Shown here in pieces: positions 50,086-61,300 of a stretch of 64,000 nt of DNA. The DNA is from Anaeramoeba ignava BMAN (lineage: Eukaryota; Protista; Anaeramoebae). Made by a program: the position numbers and the translations under genes. Position 1 is the stretch's first letter. Each line of letters starts with the position of its first letter. Below the pieces are notes generated by a model. That model ran no database searches, was not told where the DNA came from, and saw nothing but the letters and a program-made list of their open reading frames with translations. The stretch lies in NCBI GenBank assembly GCA_028826165.1, contig JAPDFW010000076.1, positions 310,001 through 374,000 of the forward strand. The letters run 5' to 3'.

Positions 50086-52010
50086 TTAAAGATCTAAATC
50101 ATCTTGAAGTTCTTTTTCTTCTTGTTTTTTTTCTTGTTTTCTTCTTTGTTTTTTTCTTGTTTTTTTCTGATATAAAAGAATTGCAATAATAACTAGTAAA
50201 ATAATAATAATTGGAATAAATATTCCAATAGTTATTGCTGTTGTGTTGGAATTGCTTGAATCAGTTGATTGAGTTGGTTCATAAGGAGATAATATTGTAA
50301 TTGATGTTGTTGAATTAATTCCTGAATATTCATTAGATAAACAATTTAATGTAGCTGATTGATAAACTGAAATTTCATAATATTCTCCTCCTTGTAATCC
50401 TGGAATTAAATAATAATTGAATAAATTTGTTAAACAAATTGTAGTTGAGTTAAAATTGAATGAATATGCTTTTAATCCTGTTGATAAAATTAATGAATAC
50501 CAACTACATTCAAATCCATTAATTAATGATATGCAATTTAATGAAGTAATATCTCCTAATTTAGCTCTTGTTGAAATAATTGAACTAGGTAATCCTAAAT
50601 ATGGTGTTTCACAATTTAAATCAATACATCCTCGAATTGAAATATTATATTCAATATTTCCTGATATTTCACTTATTATTCCAATAACTTCATTTTCATT
50701 TAAATCAAGAGATGTGAATTTTTGCCAATTTGTTCCATTATTAAGTGAAATTGAATAATTATTTGCATTTGTTAATTTTGTGAAATTAAATTCAATTTCT
50801 TCAATTTTGGAAATTGTTTCATAAATTGTTGGAGATGTTAAATTATCAGTTGTAATTAAAATTGATGAAATATATCCACATTTTCCATTTGAATTACATG
50901 CTGATATATTGATTTGATATTCTTGATTTGGTAATTGAACTTTAAATTGTTGATTTGTTGAAATTGGTTGATAATTTCCTGAATAATTTTGAGAAATTGA
51001 TTGATAAGTAAAATTATAATAAAATGGAATTGAACAATTAATTGGTTGATTCCAATTACAATTAATATCTATTAAATTTGAAATTGAACATGTTAAATTT
51101 GTAATTTCACCAAATATTAATGAAATTGATGATTCAACAATTTCTCCTTTATCATCTTCTTCACATTCTTGTGTTCTACATCCACAAATTGAAATATTAT
51201 AATCATTTTCACATTCTAAATTATTCCAAAAATAATCAAGTGAAGAATTATCAACTGAAATGAAAGATATTAAATCAGGTTGAGATTGATTGAGATAAGA
51301 AAGATTATAATGATCAATATGAGCAATTCCTTCATTGATTTGAACATTTGGATAATTCCAAGTAACATTAATTGATTTATTTGAAGTATTTAATAATTGG
51401 AAATCTTTTACAGAATCAATTTTTGATGTTAAATTAATGAAAGAAGAAGATTCACCACATTTCGTTGATGCATTATCACAAGCTTGAATTTGAATTGAAT
51501 AATATTCATTTCCAGTAATATTATCATAAATTGAAGAATTAAATAATTGATAATAAACATTCTCATCTTCAAGAATTGGAGAATCAATATCAATCCAATC
51601 ATATCCATAATTAATTTGATATTTCAAATTTGGAAATTCAATTTTATTCCAATAACAATCAAATGATGAAAACAAAGATGAACAATTAAGAATATTAACT
51701 TGAGGAATTAATTTAGCTTCATAAACAAATGCTTGATTTACAACATAAGCTCCCATAACAGTAAAATTATCATAAATTGAAACAGAAATTCCAAAATATA
51801 AAACTGAAGATTCATTCAAAATTTGTTTTTGATTTCAAATTGATCCATTATATCTGTAAATAAATGCTTGTTTTTCATTATAAGCGCCAATAATAATATC
51901 TTTATAAATTGAAACCCAAAATCCAATATATCCTGAATGTGAGAATTGATCTAATAAATTCCAAACTCAATTTCATTGAAAGAAGAATAATATCTTGTTG
52001 TTTGTTAGTT
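50086..52010 (-). pseudogene. Decayed tandem paralogue of the FG-GAP/FN3 gene
   Basis: The C-terminal 577 codons are intact and near-identical to the neighbour. The 5' part lacks ATG and signal peptide, keeps about 2 propeller repeats, and has a frameshift plus two TGG-to-TGA changes (about 51968 and 51836). Confidence 0.8.
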
Positions 52011-52199
52011 TTAATAATTAGTATTAAATTAATAAATAATTAATCACTATTTCATGTTTATTTTGTTTGTATTTGATTTATTTATTATTATTTACTGAAT
52101 AAAAAAGTTTGTTTTTAAAAATAAAAATAAAAATAAAAAAATGAATTTAATTTTTTTCATTTTTTTTTATTTCAATTTTTCGATTTTTGATTTATTAAA

Positions 52200-54097
52200 A
52201 TGTTACCAAATAATCTTCAAAGTAGAATTTGTCAAATTTGTTTTGAAAAATTTTCAACTGAAAGAAAACCAATGATAATATGTAGTTATGGACATAATGT
52301 TTGTTCTTATTGCGCAAGTTTTTTAGAAGAATGTCCCTTTTGTAGATCACCAAAAAGCAAAAAACCAACTATAAATTTGCTAGTTTTAGAAATGATTGAA
52401 GAAATTGAAAAACGGGAAAAAATCAAAATTCCCGAAATCAATTCAAAAGAGTTATTTATTGAAAATTCACCATTTAGTTTTGGAGCAGTTGCTGATTTAT
52501 ATAAAGCAAATTGGGGTAATCAATTTGTGGCTGTGAAAAAATTAAGAATGAACCCAAGCAAAACGGATAAAAAAATCCTCAAAAACGAAGTTGAAATTGC
52601 ATCCAATCTTCCTCATCCAAACATTATAAGGGTTTTTGGGATTACAAAGATTAATAAACAACTAGGAATTGTTATGGAATATCTTGAGCCAGGATCACTT
52701 GAAAAAATTATTCCAACTTTATCTTTTATTGAATGCGTGAATATTTGTCTTGGAATTATTGATGGATTGAAATATCTTCATTCCAAAAATGTTATTCATC
52801 GAGATTTAAAACCAGCAAATCTTCTTCTTGATGGGAAAGTCCCAAAAATTTCGGATTTTGGTCAATCAATTATTCATCAAAAAATTTTCCAAAATGCAAA
52901 TATTAAAGGTTCAATTGAATATACTGCTCCAGAAATTTTGAAAAATGAAACAGTGAGTGATCGAACTGTTGATATTTACAGTTTTTCAATGATAATTTTC
53001 CATTTATTTTCTAAAAAGAAGCCTTTTGATGATTTGAATTTGTTCCAGATTATCACTTATTTGCAGAAAGGAATTCGTCCAGAAATTTCTCAGAATTTGA
53101 TTCCAGAATCACTTTCGAGATTAATCATACGCGGATGGTCAGGAAATCCAACAGAAAGACCAAGTCTTGATGAATTTCGAAAAGTTTTTCAAGAATTAAA
53201 ATTGTTTTTTGAAAATGAAAATTCCAATTCCAATGAAAATTTAAATCAAAATGAAAATTTAAATCAAAATGAAAATTTAAATCAAAATGAAAAATTTGAT
53301 GAACTTTCAATACAACTTCAACAATTTCTCCAAATTTCTCCTTTAAAATCAAACCAAAACCAAAAGAATAAAAATCAAATTAATTTCTCAAAACTTGAAG
53401 TTGAACAATGTATTGAATTGTTAAGTAAATCTGAAAATGAACAAAAAATTCAAGAAAAAGGAATTGAACGTTTATCAAATTTATCAATAATAAGAGGTAA
53501 TCAATATTTTTTTTCCCTAAATTGATTTATTGGATTAACAAAAAATAAAATGAACCATTTTTTATTTTTAGAAAATCGAACAAAAATTTCAAATTTAAAT
53601 GGATTTCAAGTAACTTTTTCAATTATGAAAAAATTTCCTGATAATTTAAATATTCAATTAAATGGTTCAACAATTTTAGCAAATTTGATGACTAAAAACA
53701 AAGGTAAATTGAATTTTAAAAACAAAAAAAAAATTTGATTAATTTATTGATCTTCTTTTGATTTAAAAAGAAAATCAATCAATATTTGCAAATTTATCAG
53801 GAGTTCAAATAATAATTGGTTTAATGAATAAATATCCTGATAATGAATCAGTTCAACAAAAAGCCTGTTTAATATTGAAAAAAGCCGCAGAAAATGCAGG
53901 TAATTAAATTACAAAAATCAATTTAAATTTAATTAATTAATTAATTAATTGTTTTATTTTTTATTTTTTATTTAGAAAATCGTTTTGAAATGATAAATTG
54001 GGGATTTTCTTTTTTTATTGCAGAATTGATTCATAAATTCCCAAATAATAAAGAAATTAAAATGATTGGGCAATCTTTAATAAATCAATTAAAATAA
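52200..54097 (+). CDS. RING finger, TKL-type protein kinase, armadillo-repeat protein
   Basis: Exons 52200-53496, 53572-53703, 53771-53899, 53976-54097. CQIC..CSYGHNVCSYC..CPFCR; VAVK, HRDLKPAN, DFG, APE; ARM units (MKKFPDN..IQ, MNKYPDN..VQ). Confidence 0.9.
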
Positions 54098-54190
54098 AAA
54101 CAAAAACAAAATATTCAAAAAATTCCACTTTTTTAACTCATTTTTATTTTCATCCTTTTTCTTTCTTTTTTTCAATAAAAAGTAATCAAT

Positions 54191-57100
54191 CTATATTTTT
54201 ATTCCTTTTTTATTTTGATTAAATAGAACACTAAATTTTTTCCAATCAAAAAGAGAATTTCCTAAAGGAAAAAATTCTCTTTTAGCTTCAATATTAATCA
54301 TTAAAGCCAGTGAAGTATAAGAACTGAGAATTGAAGCCATTAAACAAGGAATTCCAACCAAAATGGAATTAAATTTATAAGCAAAATCAAGAATCAAAAA
54401 GAAAATTGCAATATCCATCCAAAATAAAAGCCAAAATTGAACTTTTGTGAGTTGTAAAGCAAATAAAGTGAAGAACATCATAAAAAAAAAGATTGCAAAC
54501 AGAAAAGATGCAAAAACTCTTTCTTCTGGTTCAATATTTTTTTTGGATGAATTCCATAATCCTTTTATCCAAGAAACAGCTAAAGAGAAAAAGAGTAAAG
54601 TAATTAACTAAAAATCAATTTTTTGAATATTTTTCTTTTCTGTTGTTTATTTTTTTTTAATTTTGATAAGAATAATTTTTTACAAAAAAAAAGCTTGCTC
54701 CGAAATTGTGTTTAACTCTAAAATCCAGAATAGCAGCAATCAAAGTTAATAAAGCAGGAAAGAATAAGAAAAAACTAAGTTTCGGAACTAATTCATTTAA
54801 GATTATTAAAATTATTTATAAAATCAAAATTAAAATCAAAATTAAAATCAAAATTAAAATCAAAATTAAAATTTATCTCGAGATTCAAAACAAAATGTTG
54901 ATGTTTTATTGAAATGGATTTATTTTGGAAAAGTTTTAATTTCAAATTTATCAATTTTTGAAGAATGGAAAAAAAAATTATCAAATATTTCAAAAGTTAA
55001 AATAAAAATAGGAATCAATCCACTTTTAGATGATTTGAAAAGATTAATGAATGAAGAAGAAACCAAAGATTTCCAAATAATTTCAAATAATCAAAAAATC
55101 AAAATTCATAAAATAATTTTGATTGCAAGAAGTGAGTTATTTAGAGGAATGTTTATAAGTGTAACTGAAGATAAATCAAATTCAGTTCATGAATACAGTA
55201 ACAAAAAAACAAAAACAATCCAAAATCTAGTTAATTTCTTTTATACAGATGAAATTCCAAAAATCAAAAACAAAACAATACTTAAAGAATTAAAAGAATG
55301 TGTTGATTATTTCCAATTAAATTCAAAAAGATTAAATCAACTAATTAAAAAAATTATTGGTGAAATTCCTCAACAACAACAACAACAACAACAAAATTCA
55401 AAAAAGAAATGTTTAATTTTTTGAATTTTTATTTTCTTGATCAAAGAATTTTCAAATTTTGATTTAATTTAATTCTTTTCAAAAAAATAATTATTTTTTT
55501 TTGAATTATTTTTTCCAAATTTCATTTTTCAATTTTCAATTTTCAATTTTCATTTTTCATTTTAAACGAAATCAATGAAACAACAAAACAAAAAAGATTA
55601 TGATTTACTTTTGAAAATTATTCTTGAAGGAGATTCTGGAACTCAAAAAAATAAGATTATACAAAAATTTATGCAGGAAATAGTTACACAATCAAATGAC
55701 AGATGGATTGATTTAGGTCCCTTATGCAAAGTGATTGAAATTCAAGGAAAAACAGTTTTACTTCAAATAAACAACATTAATAAATATGGTTTGTCTTGGA
55801 AAATTAAAAGAAAAACCAAAATATTTTTTGGAGAATTAATCGGAAAAAAAAATTTTAATTTAATTTTAATTGGTTTTTTTATGATAATGATTTATGAGGA
55901 GGGTATAAGTCAGCATATAAAAGTATTTCTTTTTGTTATTAAAAAAAATTCAAAAATCAAATTCTAATTATATTTTTATTTTTATTTAGGTTTTTATAGC
56001 AAAGCTTATGGAGCAATGATAGTTTATGATATTACTAATAAAAAATCATTCGAAAATGTTGAAAAAATTTGGAAGTACCGAATCAGAATGCATGCAAAGG
56101 AAAATATTCAAATGATGTTAATTGGAAGTAAATGTGATTTGGAAAATGAAAGAAAAATATCAAAAAAAAGTGGAAAAAAACTTGCTGATAAATTGGGAAT
56201 TCCTTTTTATGAAGTTTCAGTCAAAGAAAATATCAATATTGAGGATGCTTTCACAGAATTAACAATGAATATTTTGGATAATCTTGATGAAAATAATCAA
56301 CTTAAACCAAAACCAAAATCAAAACCAATAATTTATTCAATTCAAGAAGATATGAAGCAATTATTTGAAAGAAAAGAATTATGTGATTTTGAAATTGAAT
56401 GTAAAGATGATCAAAATCCACTTTCAAAATTCAAAATTCCAGTTCATAAATTAATTATTCAAAATCGATTAAGGATTGATGAAAATCAACTTGAAAACCA
56501 ATTCTATTCAATTTTATCTCGAGATTCAAAACAAAATGTTGATGTTTTATTGAAATGGATTTATTTTGGGAAAGTTTTACTTTCAAATTTATCAATTTTT
56601 GAAGAATGGAAAAAAAAATTATCAAATATTTCAAAAGTTAAAATAAAAATAGGAATCAATCCACTTTTAGATGATTTGAAAAGATTAATGAATGAAGAAG
56701 AAACCAAAGATTTCCAAATAATTTCAAATAATCAAAAAATCAAAATTCATAAAATAATTTTGATTGCAAGAAGTGAGTTATTTAGAGGAATGTTTATAAG
56801 TGTAACTGAAGATAAATCAAATTCAGTTCATGAATACAGTAACAAAAAAACAAAAACAATCCAAAATCTAATTAATTTCTTTTATACAGATGAAATTCCA
56901 AAAATCAAAAACAAAACAATACTTAAAGAATTAAAAGAATGTGTTGATTATTTCCAATTAAATTCAAAAAGATTAAATCAACTAATTAAAAAAATTATTG
57001 GTGAAATTCCTCAACAACAACAACAACAACAAAATTCAAAAAAGAAATGTTTAATTTTTTGAATTTTTATTTTCTTGATCAAAGAATTTTCAAATTTTGA

Positions 57101-57556
57101 TTTAATTTAACTCTTTCAAAAAATAATTATTTTTTTCAAATTGAACAACATGAAAAATATACAAGAGTGAATAAGAAAAACAAAATAACAAAAAGAAACC
57201 ACCAAACTCAATTCGATTCAAATTCAAAATCATTTATAAAATCATTTATAAAATTTAAATTAAATATTTTCACTTAATTTACCTTCTTGATCAGTTATTC
57301 CAAAACTAGACATTGCTAAAGCTAAATATCCAAAAGAAGATCCAATTAAACCAAGTGAAGTTGCTTCAAGTTTTCCTTGTTTTTTTGGTTTTTTTGGTTT
57401 TTTTAATTTCACAACTTTTTTGGTTTCTTCAAATTGATTTGTTTGTTCTGAAATTGTTTGTTTTGTGGAATTTAACCCCTCAGTTTCAACTGTTTCAAAA
57501 TTTGTATCAGATTCAGAAACAAAATCATCTGTTTCAATAATTAATTTGTTTTTCAT
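54191..57556 (-). CDS. Gpr1/Fun34/YaaH (SatP/Ato) acetate transporter, split by a 2.5-kb intron containing other genes
   Basis: Exons 57556-57283, 54787-54684, 54607-54191 join in frame (phase 1, then phase 0). Product: EATSLGLIG..GITDQEVPKLSFFLFFPALLTLIAAILDFRVKHNFGASFF..SYTSLALMIN..KREFFPLG. Confidence 0.8.
54872..55424 (+). pseudogene. 5'-truncated duplicate of the Rab-BTB gene (second BTB plus CaaX only)
   Basis: Near-identical to 56513-57062, and the match continues into the 3' flank. No ATG; a few substitutions and Q8 versus Q7. Confidence 0.8.
55575..57062 (+). CDS. Degenerate Rab-like GTPase fused to two BTB domains with C-terminal CaaX
   Basis: Exons 55575-55788, 55899-55922, 55990-57062. 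Rab8/Rab1-like YDLLLKIIL, GAMIVYDIT, LIGSKCDL, FYEVSVK; BTB segments IPVHKLII and IHKIILIARSELFRGMF; ends KKKCLIF. Confidence 0.85.
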
Positions 57557-57789
57557 TTTAATTTTATTTTTTATTTTTTTATTTTATTTTTTTATTTTTT
57601 ATTTTTTTAAGTTTAAGAATTTTGAAAAAGAAAAGTGAAATAATCGATAAAAAAAATTTTTTTTGTGATCTTTTATGATTATTTCCACGTCTTAAAAATT
57701 ACTCAAAAAAAAAAAACCAAATAAAAAAAATAATTTGTGTTAATTTTTAATAACGATAAGAATTCAAACAAACACTTTCATCTCCCAAT

Positions 57790-58240
57790 TTAAATATTTA
57801 ATTAAATATTGAATTGAATATTGAATTGAATATTAAATATTGAATTGAATTGAATTAAATATTAAATATTTAATTGAATTGAATATTGAATATTAAATAT
57901 TGAATTAAATATTGAATTAAATATTGAATATTAAATATTGAATTAAATATTGAATTAAATATTGAATTGAATATTGAATTGAATATTGAATTAAATATTG
58001 AATTGAATATTGAATTAAATATTAAATATTAAATATTAAATATTAAATATTGAATTGAATTGAATATTAAATATTGAATTAAATATTGAATTGAATATTG
58101 AATTGAATATTGAATTGAATTGAATATTAAATTGAATTGAATATTGAATTGAATATTGAATATTAAATATTGAATTGAATATTGAATTAAATATTGAATT
58201 AAATATTGAATATTGAATATTGAATTGAATATTGAATTGG
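57790..58240. repeat. (ATATTGAATTRA)n satellite in a divergent intergenic region
   Basis: Directly visible. Confidence 0.9.
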
Positions 58241-58332
58241 GATTGGATTTGGATTTAATTGGAAAAAAGAAAAAAATTAAATTTCATTTTTTTTTTCATT
58301 TTTTTTTTCATTTTTTTTATTTTTTTTAATAA

Positions 58333-61300
58333 ATGACTTCACCAAGTGAGCGAGAAAAAAGAAAGAAAGAATTAGAAGCAAAAAGATTGAGGTTAGCAAA
58401 AGTTAGAAATGAAAGATTAAAATTATCACAAGGGAATGTAACGAAAAGAAAAATTAAAAAGAAAAATTAAAAAGAAAAATTAAAAAGAAAAATTAATTAA
58501 AAAAAAATTTTTTTGTTTACAAATTAAATAGAAAACCTCACCATCCAAAACAAAAAAACCAAAAGATGAAGAAGTTGATAATTTAGTTTCTTCACTTTTA
58601 AATAAAAAAAAAAGTGACAAAACACCAACAAAAAAAATAGTTAAAGTTAAAAAGAAAGTTACAAAAACAAATGAAAAAAAACAACCAACAAAACTTCCTG
58701 AAGTTCCAAAAAAAGAACTGAAGTTACAAAAATCTATTATTCATGTTGATATTAGACCTAAAATTATTGAAAAATATCAAAAAGAAACTCAAACAACTTT
58801 AGTTTTTACTTCTACAAATACTGAAGATGATTCTAATGATGAAGATGCTAATCAAAATGAAAGTATTGATTCAACTCAAATTATTAATGAAGCTAAAATT
58901 GAAAGAGAACAAAATGAGAAAAAATTTAATGCTGAAAGTACATTTTTTTTTAAAATTAAATTAAAATTAAAATTAAAATTAAAATTAAAATTAAAATTAA
59001 AATTAAAAATAAAAATTAAAATTAAAATTAAAATTAAAATTAAAAATTAAAATTAAATTAAAATTAAAATTAAAATTAGAATTAAAATTAAAATTAAAAT
59101 TAAAATTAAAATTAAAATTAAAATTAAAATTAGAATTAAAATTAAAATTAAAATTAAAATTAAATTTAAAATTAAAATTAAAATTAAAATTAAAATTAAA
59201 ATTAAAATTAAAATCAATTTAAATCAAAATTAAAATTAAAATTAAAATTGAAATTAATTAAAATTAAAAATTGTAATTAAAATTAATATTAAAAATTATT
59301 TAAAATTAATATTAAAATTAAAATTAAAATTAAAATTAAAATTAATATTAAAATTAAAATTAATATTAAAATTAAAATTAGAATTAAAATTAAAATTAAA
59401 ATTAAAATTAAAATTAAAATTAAAATTAATATTAAAAATTAAAATTAAAATTTAAAATCAAAATTAAAATTAAAATCAAAAATTAAAATTAAAATTAAAA
59501 TTAAAATTAAAATTAAAATTAAAATCAAAAATTGAAATCAAAATCAAAATTAAAATTAAAATTAAAATCAAAATTAAAATCAAAATCAAAATTAAAATTA
59601 AAAATTAAAATTAAAATTATAATTAAAATTAAAATTAAAATTAAAATTAAAATTAAAATTAAAATCAAAATTAAAAATTAAAAATTAAAATTAAAATCAA
59701 AATCAAAATTAAAATTAAAATTAAAATTAAAATTAAAATTAATATTAAAAATTAAAATTAAAATTAAAATTAAAATTAAAATTAAAATTAAAATTAAAAT
59801 TAAAATTAAAATTAAAATTAAAATTAATATTAAAATTAAAATTAGAATTAAAATTAAAATTAATATTAAAATTAAAATTAAAATTAAAATTAATATTAAA
59901 ATTAAAATTAAAATTTAAAATCAAAATTAAAATTAAAATCAAAATTAAAATTAAAATCAAAATTAAAATTAAAATTAAAATTAAAATTAAAATTAAAATC
60001 AAAATTAAAAATTAAAATTAAAATTATAATTAAAAATTGAAATTAAAATTAAAATTATAATTAAAATCAAAATTTAATATTAAAATTAAAATTAAAATTA
60101 AAATCAAAATTAAAATTAAAATTAAAATTAAAATTAAAATTAAAATTAAAATCAAAATTAAAATTAAAATTAAAATTAAAATTAAAATTAAAATTAAAAT
60201 TAAAATTAGTTTTATCTGCTGTTGAAAGACAACAAGAAATGACTTCTTCAAATTTTCAAGATTTTTTTGCTTTTTCTAGTAAAATTATTGAAAAAGCACA
60301 AAATGAACCTTATGATATTTTAAGAGATTATATTGGACATTCAAATGATGAATACGAGTAAAAAAAACAATAAGAAAATGGATTTTTTATCATTTTTATT
60401 GAAATAATTTAACTTTTATTTCTTTTCTTAATTACAATTTTTCTTTTTTTTAAGTGTTCAACAACCTACTATTTCAGATAATCGTCAATTAAAAGATGAA
60501 AAAATAACAAGTTATCGAGCAGTTACAGATTTACAATGGTCTCCAAAAGTAATTATTTTTATGATTTAAAATTAAAATTAAAATTAAAATCAAATTTAAA
60601 ATTAAAATTAAAATTAAAATTAAAATTAAAAATTTAAAATTAAAATTAAAATTAAAATTAAAATTAAAATTAAAATTAAAATTAAAATTAAAATTAAAAT
60701 CAAATTTAAAATTAAAATTTAAAATTAAAATTAAAATTAAAATTAAAATTAAAATTAAAATCAAAATTAAAATTAAAATCAAATTTAAAATTAAAATTAA
60801 AATTAAAATTAAAATTAAAATTAAAATTAAAATTAAAATTAAAAATAAATTAAAAATCAAATTTAAAATTAAAATCATAATTAAAATTAAAATTAAAATT
60901 AAAATTAAAATTAAAATTAAAATTTAAATTAAAATTAATATTTAAATTAAAATTAAAATTAAAATTAAAATTAAAATTAAAATTAAAATTTAAATTAAAA
61001 TTAATATTTAAATTAAAATTAAAATTAAAATTAAAATTAAAAATAAATTTAAAATTAAAAATTAAATTTAAAATTAAAATTAAAAATAAATTTAAAATTA
61101 AAAATTAAACAGTATCCCGAGTTATTATTAGCATCATACAGCATGAAACGAGAGATGCGAAGAGCACAAGAAGCTGATGGATTAGTATTATTATGGTCAT
61201 TAGCATTACCGACCCGACCCGAATCAACATTAACATGTCAATCACCAGTAACGAGTGCGATGTTTTCAACATTTTCACCATCAGTAGTAATAGGAGGAAC

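Noticed and set aside
51830-51975. TGA at two Trp positions suggesting UGA=Trp recoding
   Set aside because: TGA is a true stop right after the CaaX boxes in Ras and Rab-BTB, and the same region also has a frameshift, so this is pseudogene decay.
61112-61120. GTATCCC resembling a U12 GT donor in the dynein IC gene
   Set aside because: It is the acceptor AG followed by exon codons TAT CCC (conserved YPELL).
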